From Rebecca billardiae RCC1528 (Eukaryota > Protista > Haptophyta), in the NCBI GenBank assembly GCA_965240325.2, contig OZ251224.1, positions 2,170,001 through 2,234,000 on the forward strand: 64,000 nucleotides of DNA. The letters run 5' to 3'. Of this stretch, positions 44,347-53,975 are shown piece by piece (the stretch's first letter is position 1; every line of letters begins with the position of its first letter). Position numbers and translations under genes: made by a program. The notes under the pieces were generated by a model that saw nothing but the letters and a program-made list of their open reading frames with translations, made no database searches and was not told where the DNA came from.

Positions 44347-45190
44347 CTGTCCGACAGCACGTGCCCGATCTGGTGAGAGCCAGGCGCGCTGCGCGTGGCA
44401 GCGACAGTGAAGTCCTGCGCCCCCGCCCAGATGCGGCCGCTGCCGCCGATGCCGCCGCAACCGCCGATGCCCCCGCCGCCGCCGGTGCCAGCGCCGAGGC
44501 CGACGCCCACTGCGCGCCGCGCACGCGTGTGCGCTCAGCGCAGCGCTCGATGTCGCAGTCGCCGCGAGCCGCGCGCCTGGGGCGCCACGTTCGCCCTCGC
44601 CCTCGCCGTGCTCGTTGCGCTCGCCGCCATGCGCTTGGACGAGGGCGTGCTGAGTGCGTGCGGCTGCTACGCCCAGTGTGTCATCGCCGACGCCGCCCGG
44701 CGCGCGCTCGACAGCGTGCGAGCCACCAGCTCAGCCTTCACGCAGAGTGCTACACCGACATGCGCGAGAGCTTTGTCAGGGGCCGCGCCGAGTTCCGCGG
44801 CTGGCTTGAAGGGCCATGTGTGTACCAGGCGTGCACGGCTGCGCTGCAGCCTACGCACGCAGCAGGACGCCTGCTGTGCACGGCGGCGCTGCACGCTTGC
44901 CGACCAGCTGTCGGCCCGCGCCGTGCACGCGCTGCGCAGCCGCAGGCAGGCGCCCAGCGCGCCGAGGCCGGCGCCGACGCCGCATGCCTCAGTAGACCGC
45001 TGCAGCCGCCGCTGCCGCCCAGCCTGCAGCAGCCGCCCAGACAGCTGCCAAGCCCGCCGCCGCTGCCACCGTCGCAGCGCGTCGACAACCAGCCCGACCC
45101 GCCCGCAGCCGCAGCCGCAACCCTGCCGGAGCAGCCGTGCGCCAATGCAGCCGCCGACGTGTGCTGCCGCTGCCGCCGCCGCCATCCGGG
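42735..45190 (+). repeat. Three diverged, rearranged copies of a Pro/Ala-rich segment with embedded poly-G runs (43598-43613, 44306-44346)
   Basis: GTGCCAGCGCCGAGGCCRAYGCCCACTGCGCGCCGCGCACGCG near 42830, 43926 and 44485; shared CTCGACAGCGTGC..AGCTCAGCCTTCACGC and CAGACAGCTGCCAAGCCCGCCG blocks. Confidence 0.85.
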
Positions 45191-45579
45191 CGCGTGCCGA
45201 CCGCAGCCGACCGTGTCGCCGAGTATACTGTAGTGGCATGCTCATGAGCAGGAGCAGAGTCGTAGCGATGATCTACGTGATGCATCGTCCGTCAGCGAGT
45301 GCCCCTTCCGCGGCTCGCATGTCTCGGATGTTGACCAATTCACACCACCTCGCGCTGCCGTAGTGCCGCCATCGACATCGTCGATCATCATTCGTCCGCC
45401 GACCGCGCGTGGCTCTGTTCTCATGTTCTGACTTTTGCGTCCGGGGGGGGGCAAAATGCTGGTTCTTAGTAAACTGTACACAAAAAGGGCGAGGGTGGGG
45501 CAGCGCGAAGTCCACTTGCCCACCGCACGGCTTGATTCCACCCACGCGCTCAGTGGCCGGGCGGCGGTGGAGGTAGACT

Positions 45580-46704
45580 ATGCAGCGGATACCCCCCGCC
45601 GAGGAGAACGGGTCGTCCTCATCGACGGAGTCCACGCTCTCAGACTTCAGGCGGACCAGCCTGTGCATCCTTTCGTGCGGTGGCACGCGCGTGTACATCA
45701 ACGCCAGCCTGCCGCTTTACACGGCGGCGTGCACGGCCGTGTCGCTGGTGCACCGCTCACAGCGCCTGCTCATGCTCTCGGCGTTGGTGCATGGGCCCAT
45801 CGTCTGGACCACCGTGGCCCTGCACCAGGCCATGCAGTGCGCGTGCGCCTCCGCGCTCGGCATGCGGCCACGGAACGTGGTGCTGTGGCCGTTTGGCGGC
45901 CTCACCTACATCGGCCGCACGCCGCAGCTGCACACTGACCTGCTCATCGCGCTCTCGGGGCCTGCGCTGCACCTCGGGCTGGTGATCGCGTGCTACGCGC
46001 TCGCCGCCGGCTTCGGCCTCGGCCCGGAGCCGCGCGTCGTCACGGCGGCGGACGTTCAGGCCGAGCTCGAGCAGCCGGACGGCATCCGGCGCGCGCTCAT
46101 CTGGAGGGCGCTGCACCTCAACCAGGCGCTGTGCGCGTTCCACTGCACGATGCCGTGCTTCCCGCTGGACTCCGCGCGCGTCGCGGCCGACCTGATGCTC
46201 CTGCGCGGCTTCAACGCGTCCAATGCCGCGAACATGCTCGTCTTTGTGTCGATGCCAATCGTCGCCATTCTGGTCGTGTACGGCCTGGGCGTGGTTGGCA
46301 CGGAGCTGGCGGGCGGCGTGCTCACGTTCACGCTGGCGGTGTGGTCAGGGGCTCAGGCGCGGCAGCTGTACTCGTGCAAGCAGGTGGGGCTGGAGGACGC
46401 CCACCCACTCTTCATCGGCACCAGGCCGACGCTGCCGACCGCCGTGACCACCATTACCTCGGAGCGCGTCTCCACAAACTCGCCGCACCCACCACCGCCG
46501 CCGCCGCCGCTGCCGCCTCAGCTGCCGCAGCTACCGCAGCCGCATTCTCCGATGCTGGCATCAAGCGCCTCAGACGTGCAGCTGACCATTGTCCCTCGTG
46601 AGGATGCCGCCCCTGAGCAAGCGGCCGACGCGGATGGTGCCAGCGCCACTGCTGCTCATCGCGAGGACACTGATCGGATTGCATCGCACGCGCCGCAACT
46701 ATAA
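45580..46704 (+). CDS. Site-2 protease / peptidase M50 (SpoIVFB-like) homologue, probably catalytically inactive
   Basis: Multi-TM protein; LWPFGGL, LIALSGP and PCFPLDSARV; the HExxH position reads HQAMQ. Confidence 0.78.
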   Translation: MQRIPPAEENGSSSSTESTLSDFRRTSLCILSCGGTRVYINASLPLYTAACTAVSLVHRSQRLLMLSALVHGPIVWTTVALHQAMQCACASALGMRPRNVVLWPFGGLTYIGRTPQLHTDLLIALSGPALHLGLVIACYALAAGFGLGPEPRVVTAADVQAELEQPDGIRRALIWRALHLNQALCAFHCTMPCFPLDSARVAADLMLLRGFNASNAANMLVFVSMPIVAILVVYGLGVVGTELAGGVLTFTLAVWSGAQARQLYSCKQVGLEDAHPLFIGTRPTLPTAVTTITSERVSTNSPHPPPPPPPLPPQLPQLPQPHSPMLASSASDVQLTIVPREDAAPEQAADADGASATAAHREDTDRIASHAPQL

Positions 46705-47531
46705 CCGTTTCAACGCAGACCGGTCAGCTTGCAGGCACGATGAGACCACGACAGCGCCATGACCGGCGCGCCGATGTCGCGCATCAGCTAAGCTCTGGAG
46801 CTGTCCGGCCGGTCATAGCCAGTACGTCTCAGACCGGTCCGCGGGTAGCCGGAATTCCGGGCCACCTGTCGGTTGTAATCGCGTGACAGTAATCCAGACT
46901 GTCCGGCGGTATCGAGTGCGTGATAGAAAAGTAGTTCATCAGTATACGACTTCAGTATTCAGCGGACGAGCTCATCCGTCAGTATAGTCGAAAAACGACG
47001 ACGACGTAATAATTCAACGATTGACGATGATGCTTACTGTCGCCTGCCTGAGCTGTGTGCGTCTCTTATTCTTAGATAACTGTAGCACAATTTGCGGGGC
47101 GGCCCCGCTCCGAGTAACTAGTCACTGAGTCACTGTCTAGTCAGCAGCGTCACAGCGTTAGGCCGTTAGGACCGCCGCACGCGGCCGCGGGACAGATTGA
47201 CAGAATGAGCCGGATCGTCAATGTTATCACTTGAATCGACAGTGTCTCAGCCATATGCAGCAGTACTTATAACGCAGCAGCCTTAATTTTCATCAGTTCG
47301 TAGTCAGATAACAGACTCGCACCCGACATGTCGTAGCTAGCACGCTGCTTTTAAAATAATAATTTAATATAAATTAAATAATATATATTATTCTTCGTCA
47401 GGCAACCGCGGGGGCCCCGCAAGGTCACGCGGGCGCCAGGCGGCGTGCCGAGAGATTGCGCGGAAAATATACTACATGCTGACGACGATGATGATGAGTA
47501 TTGATTGGTCTCTGGTGCGCGTGATCCATCG

Positions 47532-50500
47532 TCAAACAGGAGTGTCGGCGTCGCCGCTGCTCGTGCCATTATTCTGCCGCGCACCAAGCGCCGAATCCTG
47601 CCCGGCGTCTGCCGCGCCAGGGTCGCCCCCGGCGCCCTCGTGCCCGTCGTCGGGCTGCTCGCCGGTGACGCCGCCCCGCGGCGGCGAGCATTGCCACCAC
47701 GTGGCCGAGCACGGCGCGTCCACGCCCACCGTGCACACCGACAGCTCGCCCTTGAAGTACGGGCACGAGCTCACGGGGAAGCTCCCTCTGTACACCGTCG
47801 CCGCCTCCCAGCCCGCGCAGCACGGCGCAGCCGAGCAGCCGAGTGGGCAGGGCGGCGAGGGCGGCGAGGGCGGCGGCGAAGGGGGCGCGAGCGGCGAGGG
47901 CGGCGGCGGCGGGGCGGGCGGCGCCGACGGCGGCGCCGACGGCGGCGGCGGAAGCGCCGGCGGCTGCGTCTCGAGCGCGCAGCCGAGCACCTCGAGCGCG
48001 CGCACCGTCAGGTGTCGGCGCCTCGGCAGCCGCAGCGCGCGCAGTCGCACGGCGTCGACGACGACGTGGCCGTTGGAGTCGATGGGCGGCGCGTCGGCGC
48101 TCCCGGCGGGCGCGCCCGGCGCGGGCGTCCCGAGCGCGCCGCCGCCGAGCGCGTGCGTCTCACGCCCCCAGCTCGAGTGCGACGCGTGCGAGACCAGGGG
48201 GACCCAGCGCGCGCGCGAACCGCCCAGCCGGCCGTCGATAGCGTACTGCGCGCCCGATGAGCCGCCGCCCCACTCGACCGCGACGGCGATGAGCAGGGAG
48301 GTCTGCCCGAGCTCGACGGTGAGCGCGGCGTGCCAGTCGTCCTGCGCCGAGACCCACTCCGTGCGCGCGTCACCATCCACCGCGTGCGCCGCGCTGCGCG
48401 CGCTCTCGCCCGCGGCCGAGCTCGGCACGGCCGCCGCCGCCGCGTCGCGAGCGCTGCCAGAGCTCACGGTGCGGCCTCTCGCGAGGTCGAGCTCGGGCGA
48501 GCACAGCGGCGGCGGCGGCGGCGGCGCGGGCGGCGCGGGCGGCGCGGGCGGGCGGGCGGGCGCGGGCGGCGGCGACGGGCGCAGCTGCGCCGCAATCCGC
48601 GCCGACGCCGATGCGCGCCCCGCCGCCTCCACGCGCGTGCGGTGCCACGGCGCGCACAGCCCGGCCCAGGGGTCGTACTCCGTCGCGACGCACGCGCCGT
48701 CCGCGCGGCGGAGCGCGCCGCCCGCGCTGAGGCCGCCGGCAGCGGAGGCGCAGCGCGCGTCGCACGTCGAGTGCGTGGCGATGAACGCGTCGGGCCGGTA
48801 GTACGCGTAGTACGCCGCCGTCCCCGCCCCGCCGCCCGAGCCCGAGGCCGTCGCGGCTCGATCGCGCGCGCCGGCAAGCCGCCACGCTCGCTCGGGCGGC
48901 GGCACCTCCGACTCTCGGCTCAGGGAGTAACAGTCGTAACCGTTGACGCGCGCGACGGCCTGCGGCGGGACGCGCCACAGCTCGCACGCGCCGCCCGCGC
49001 TCACCTCGATCCCCGCGCAGCCCGACGCGCCGAGGCAGCGCCGCGCGCACTCGTCCACGCCGCCGGTCGCGTGGTAGGACGCGAGCCGCAGCCTCTTGCC
49101 GTCGTCCGTCATGCCGGCGCCGCGGCAGGCGGATGCGCCGTGCACCGCGTCCGCCGTCGGCCGGCTGAAGACGTACGCGACGCGCGGCTCGCGCGCCGCG
49201 ATGGCCGACGAGGCGCGGTGCTCGGCCGACGCGCTCGACCCGTCCTCGGCGCCGCCGCCGTGCATCAGCGCGCGCACCAGCTGCAGGCACTCCGCCATGG
49301 TCGCGTCGTCCCGAGCGGAGAGCGCGGCCGCGCGCGCGGCGTCGACCGCGTCCGTGCCAGGCGTCTTGTGCCGCGCGTAGTGCTGGATGAGGCCGACGCC
49401 ACAGCGCAGCCCGAGCGCCGCCGTGTGCACGTACGGCCCGAGCGAGGGCAGCAGCGACAGCAGGTCCAGCCGGATCCGGGCGGAGCGTAGCAGCGCCTGC
49501 AGCGCGCAGCCGGGCGGCGGGCGCGTGCGCATGTCGCCAACGTCCGCCTCCGCGGCCGCATCCACCTCCGCGCCGCTCGCGCCGCGGACGAGCAGGTCAG
49601 CGCCGGCGTTGAGGCTGTCCGCGAAGGCGACGAGCCCGGCCGACGCTCCCGGCGTGCCGCCGCTCGTCGCGTCCTCGTGCGGCACGCTCTGGCCGCCGCC
49701 AGCCGCCGCCGCCGTGCGCCCGTCTGCCGAGCGCGCAGCCGAGCCTTCGGCGTGTGCAGACGAGTCGCCGCCGCCGCGCGACGGCAGCAGGCGCTCAAGT
49801 CCTAGCCCTTCGAGCGGCGCGAAGAGCGAGAAGGGGATGGAGGCCGTCGAGCCGGCCGGGCCGAAACTGAGCTCGAGGGGCTCGACGGACGCCGTGCCGA
49901 TGCAGCCACCGTCTCGATCCTCGTCGCCGTCATCGCCGCCGCCGGCGCGGCCGCCGCTTCCGCCGACGGGCGCGCCCGCGCGATCGGCGCCTGAGCCGCT
50001 CGAGGAGGGCAGGGCCGCCGTGTGCATCCCCACCGAGGCGATTGGGGCGGCGCCGGCGGCGGAGGACGCGTTGGACGCACCGGTGCTGCGCTGGGTGGTG
50101 TCCTTGAGGAACGCGGCCAGCCGCGCGTCCAGCGTCACCGTAGACGAGCCCTCGCCCTGTCCGGAGCCTGCCGCCGAGCCGGCGGCCGCGGCCGCGCCGT
50201 CGTCCGCGCCCGCGTCGGGCGCGCGGGTCGCGCAGAGCTGCAGCGCAAATGCGGGCAGCGAGGCGCGCAGCCGCAGGCGCGAGCGCGGCATCGCGACCTT
50301 CGCGACCGCCGAGAGCCGCGCCGCGTGCTTGCTCATCGCGAGGCCCTCCATCGAGAAGCTGGGCGCGGGCGGCGGCGGCAGCGCGGGCGGCGGCGGCGGG
50401 ACGGGCTGCGGCGTCTCGAGCCCTCCGGCGGCGCCGCCACCGTCGGCAGACGACGCGCCCGCGCCGCCGTGGGCTCGGCCGCGCGTGCGCTCGAAGGCGT

Positions 50501-52184
50501 CGAAGGCGGCGTCGATCGCCTCGTCCCCGGCGGGCGCCGCCGAGCGCTCGGCGCACAGCAGGCACCTCTTCAGCCGCGCGCGCCGCGCGCGCACGGCGCT
50601 GAGCGCGTCCGGCTGCAACGGGATCGTCCGCTCGACGTCAAACTCTGTCGGCCGGCCCAGGAGTACGTGTGAGGCGGCGCGCAGCTCGAAGTGGACGGCG
50701 GTGCGCTCGAACATGGCGTGCAGGGCTGCGGGGAGCTCGGAGCTGCTCGCGAGGCTCGAGAGCACCGCCTCCAGCGCCTCCGTGCCCACGCGCCGCGAAG
50801 CCGCGCCGCCCAGCACGACGGCTCGCATCCGGACTTCATACAGCGCGCGCCCAGGACTCAGCCGCGCCGGGGCCGTTGTGAGCGCCCGCTGCGAGATCGG
50901 CCGGACCGGCACGCCCTCGGCAGCGGGCCAGAGCCGCCGGGCGCTGAGCATCTCGACGCGCACGATCGGCTCGCCCGCGCCGCTCGGCGCCACTGCGCCG
51001 CCGCCGCCGCCGCCGCGCGCGCCGTGCTCGGCGCCCCGACCCGCCTGGTCGGCCGCCGCTGGCGCGCGCGGCACGGGCGCTGTCGCGGACGCGCCGCCGT
51101 CGACGCTCAGCAGGCTGATGCTCAGCTGTGTGAGCTCGAGCGAGAACCACGCCGGGTTGGCGACGTCGAGCGTCAGGGTCATCTCGGGCGAGATGACCAC
51201 GTCCTCCTCCCCGTCGCGCGCCCGCGGCTGCCGCCGCGCGCGCTCGGCGCCCGCGCGCGCCGCGCGCGCCGGCAAGCACAGGCTGTGCACGTCGACTGCG
51301 ACCAGCCTGATGTCCGTGCAGCCGACGCGCGCGGCGCCGAGGCCCACGAGCGCGGCGCCGACGACGGCGAGGAGGAGGAGCACGCACATGAGCGCGAGCA
51401 CGCGCACGCACGTGCGTCGCCGCGCCGAGCCGCTCTGCGCGCCAAGCCGGTCGAGCTCGCGGTCGAGGCCGCCCGCCTCTGGGTCGAGGCCGGGCGCGCG
51501 CCGCGCCGGCCACCAGGTCGCGCCCGGAGCGCCGCCGTGTGCGACGTGCTCCGAACGGCTCTGCTTCTGTTCCGAGGATAGCAGCGAGGCCGTGCCGGCC
51601 ACCTCCTTGCGCTGCGCCGCTGGCTCGCCCTGCGAGACGCGCGATGCCGCGGCGGCTGCGCGCGGCGAATCCTCATCCGCGCTCGTGTCAAAGCGCACCG
51701 CGGGTGACCCCAGGATGGTGGGCGCGTCTCCCCTGAGCTCTGCGTGGTGCGGGACGGCGCCTGCGATGTCGTGGTCCCCCTTGAGCTCCGAGTACAGCGG
51801 CGGCACCGGCGGTACGTCCTCCTCGTCCGCCTCGGCCGATTCCTTGAGCTCGGCGTCCGGGATGACGCCGGCCCACGCGTCGGAGGGCATCCGCACGCGG
51901 CGCGGCGGGACGACGTGCACGGGCTGCGCCTGCTCCGCCTGCCCCGTGGCGTGCGTCGGCTCCATGCTCGCCGAGGAGAAGGCACTCACACTCCGGCGGA
52001 TGGCGCTCAGGCGTTGCTGCTCAGCGCCATCGTCTAGTCGGGGCTCCCGCGTCAGACCCGCGACCGAGACCGTGGCCGGTAGACTCAGTTTCGCGCGCGC
52101 CGGAGGCCCGCTCGGCGATGGAGCAAGCGAAGCGGTGTTGGGCGCGCTTGTTTTGCGAGCGGCGCCAGTGGCCACGCCACGCAT
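47532..52184 (-). CDS. Large type II membrane protein with LEA_2-like, PAN/apple-like and F5/8 type C (discoidin/CBM32-like) domains and Pro-rich linkers
   Basis: TM VLALMCVLLLLAVVGAALV; LTLDVANPAWFSLEL; ECARRCLGASGCAGIEV..CELW; DLARGRTVSS..AVDGDARTEWVS..LTVELG; PPSPPP linkers. Confidence 0.75.
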   Translation of the reverse strand: MRGVATGAARKTSAPNTASLAPSPSGPPARAKLSLPATVSVAGLTREPRLDDGAEQQRLSAIRRSVSAFSSASMEPTHATGQAEQAQPVHVVPPRRVRMPSDAWAGVIPDAELKESAEADEEDVPPVPPLYSELKGDHDIAGAVPHHAELRGDAPTILGSPAVRFDTSADEDSPRAAAAASRVSQGEPAAQRKEVAGTASLLSSEQKQSRSEHVAHGGAPGATWWPARRAPGLDPEAGGLDRELDRLGAQSGSARRRTCVRVLALMCVLLLLAVVGAALVGLGAARVGCTDIRLVAVDVHSLCLPARAARAGAERARRQPRARDGEEDVVISPEMTLTLDVANPAWFSLELTQLSISLLSVDGGASATAPVPRAPAAADQAGRGAEHGARGGGGGGAVAPSGAGEPIVRVEMLSARRLWPAAEGVPVRPISQRALTTAPARLSPGRALYEVRMRAVVLGGAASRRVGTEALEAVLSSLASSSELPAALHAMFERTAVHFELRAASHVLLGRPTEFDVERTIPLQPDALSAVRARRARLKRCLLCAERSAAPAGDEAIDAAFDAFERTRGRAHGGAGASSADGGGAAGGLETPQPVPPPPPALPPPPAPSFSMEGLAMSKHAARLSAVAKVAMPRSRLRLRASLPAFALQLCATRAPDAGADDGAAAAAGSAAGSGQGEGSSTVTLDARLAAFLKDTTQRSTGASNASSAAGAAPIASVGMHTAALPSSSGSGADRAGAPVGGSGGRAGGGDDGDEDRDGGCIGTASVEPLELSFGPAGSTASIPFSLFAPLEGLGLERLLPSRGGGDSSAHAEGSAARSADGRTAAAAGGGQSVPHEDATSGGTPGASAGLVAFADSLNAGADLLVRGASGAEVDAAAEADVGDMRTRPPPGCALQALLRSARIRLDLLSLLPSLGPYVHTAALGLRCGVGLIQHYARHKTPGTDAVDAARAAALSARDDATMAECLQLVRALMHGGGAEDGSSASAEHRASSAIAAREPRVAYVFSRPTADAVHGASACRGAGMTDDGKRLRLASYHATGGVDECARRCLGASGCAGIEVSAGGACELWRVPPQAVARVNGYDCYSLSRESEVPPPERAWRLAGARDRAATASGSGGGAGTAAYYAYYRPDAFIATHSTCDARCASAAGGLSAGGALRRADGACVATEYDPWAGLCAPWHRTRVEAAGRASASARIAAQLRPSPPPAPARPPAPPAPPAPPPPPPLCSPELDLARGRTVSSGSARDAAAAAVPSSAAGESARSAAHAVDGDARTEWVSAQDDWHAALTVELGQTSLLIAVAVEWGGGSSGAQYAIDGRLGGSRARWVPLVSHASHSSWGRETHALGGGALGTPAPGAPAGSADAPPIDSNGHVVVDAVRLRALRLPRRRHLTVRALEVLGCALETQPPALPPPPSAPPSAPPAPPPPPSPLAPPSPPPSPPSPPCPLGCSAAPCCAGWEAATVYRGSFPVSSCPYFKGELSVCTVGVDAPCSATWWQCSPPRGGVTGEQPDDGHEGAGGDPGAADAGQDSALGARQNNGTSSGDADTPV

Positions 52185-52310
52185 CCTGATTGGCTCGGCG
52201 CCAAGTCTGGGTTCGCTTTCATGGGCTTATTAATTTGGCGCGCCATTCCCTGATCCAGCTATGAAAAAAACGTACCCGCGCATCCGCGCATCTCTTTGCG
52301 CGCGCGGACG

Positions 52311-53552
52311 ATGCCGATGCGCGGCACGGCGCGCCTCACGAGCGCTGCTCTCGCGATGACGGTGGTGCTCGAGCTCGCAGTCCTCGTCGCGACGCACAAG
52401 GCGCCGTCGGTGCGTACACGCACTGCCGTGCGCACGCGCGCCACCCTGGCGCCCGCGCAGGCGGCGTACGCGCCACAGGCTCGGTCGCTGTCGCTCGGGT
52501 CGCAGGAGGTGGGCGCGCCACTGATGGCGGAGGAGGGGAGTCCCCCGCTGATGGCGGGGGCCGAATGGGAGCGCATCCGCGAGGAGGCGGTCCTGCGCCG
52601 GATCGACGCGCTGCGCGACTCGATCGAGCGCCATCGGCACGAGATCGAGGAGCTGCAGACCCGGCTCGGCACGCCCGCCCGGCGCCGCTCGCGCTTGCGA
52701 GATCTGCTCGCGCCGCTGCACACCTCGCTCGGCGTGTTCGCCCGGCGCGCGGCGCGCACGAAAGACACGGCGTCGTTCCTGCGCAATCAGACCGTCGCCA
52801 CCGCGCGAGTCCTCGCGGACCTGATGCTCGCGCGAGACGGCCGCGACCTGCTGAAGGTGCTGCCGCACTCGCACATGCTCGTGTCGCACACGCCCGCGAT
52901 CTACGCGCAAATAGACCACCTGGCGACGCACGTGCCGGGCATCGTGGGCATCCTCGACACGCACCTGCCGTCGATCGAGCCCCACCTCGACGCGATCCTG
53001 GAGCGCTTCGACGACATCGAGCCGCACCTGCCGTGGGTGCTCGAGCACATCGACGAGGTCGCGCCGTACTGCGGCACGCTGCTCGAGCACATCGACTCGC
53101 TGCTGCTGTACGCCGACCAACCCGACGACGCGGGCTGGGCGGACAAGCTGGTGCCGTACATCCCGTACATCGTGCCGTGCCTCGACGAGCTCGAGCCGCA
53201 CCTGCCCTACCTCCGGCCGCACCTGCCAAAGATCTACCCGTACCTGCCCAAGCTGGCGCCGTACATCCAGCGGTTCGCGCGCGCGGACGCCGTCTTCTGC
53301 TCGAAGAACGCGGACGTGCTGCTCTTCTACTTTGCGTGGGTGCTCAAAGTGCCCCTGCTGCACAACATCTTCCGCGTGCCCGGCGTGCCCCGCTTGTGCG
53401 CGTGGGCGGCGCGCCGGCTGCCGCGCCGCTGGGCTCGCGGCCCCAACTGCGTCGGTGTCGAGTGCTCGGTGGAGGGCCTGTACGAGTCCGGGTGGAATCG
53501 CTTGCTGCCGGATGACGGCTGGCAGCGCGACTGGGAAGGCGCGTGGTTCTGA
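52311..53552 (+). CDS. Hypothetical protein with a presequence, a coiled coil and helical IEPHL/LxPY repeats
   Basis: Coding-like ORF; repeats SIEPHL, DIEPHL, ELEPHL, LRPHL, IYPYL and LAPYI. Confidence 0.8.
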   Translation: MPMRGTARLTSAALAMTVVLELAVLVATHKAPSVRTRTAVRTRATLAPAQAAYAPQARSLSLGSQEVGAPLMAEEGSPPLMAGAEWERIREEAVLRRIDALRDSIERHRHEIEELQTRLGTPARRRSRLRDLLAPLHTSLGVFARRAARTKDTASFLRNQTVATARVLADLMLARDGRDLLKVLPHSHMLVSHTPAIYAQIDHLATHVPGIVGILDTHLPSIEPHLDAILERFDDIEPHLPWVLEHIDEVAPYCGTLLEHIDSLLLYADQPDDAGWADKLVPYIPYIVPCLDELEPHLPYLRPHLPKIYPYLPKLAPYIQRFARADAVFCSKNADVLLFYFAWVLKVPLLHNIFRVPGVPRLCAWAARRLPRRWARGPNCVGVECSVEGLYESGWNRLLPDDGWQRDWEGAWF

Positions 53553-53975
53553 GAGCTGGCACCACAGTACGTGCCCGAAGCGGTGCTCAGCGTCGCGCGG
53601 GCCAGCCGGGACAACGCGGTATGATTGGACCGCCCGGGCCTTGGGCTTGGCAGCGGCTCGACGAGTGAGCGACCGCATAATCCGTATCGACTCAAATTCG
53701 ATGAAGTCTTCGATGACTGACATTGAGATGCATCGTCATTGACAATGCTAATACATAGTCTCATTGGCGGCGCGGGACTGATATGGCGCCCGCGCCGGGC
53801 CGTAGGCCCGCCCCTTACAGTTTATTATATTATTTGTTTTACTTACGTGCAGCTTATGGTACTGCTACTCGGACAATTAATAGGCTTACACGGCCTGGCA
53901 GGTTGCCGCGCCATCCGCTGCTTCAATCGTCTTCATCGCACGCTCTCCGAAGAGAGACCTGGAAACTGGTTTGAA

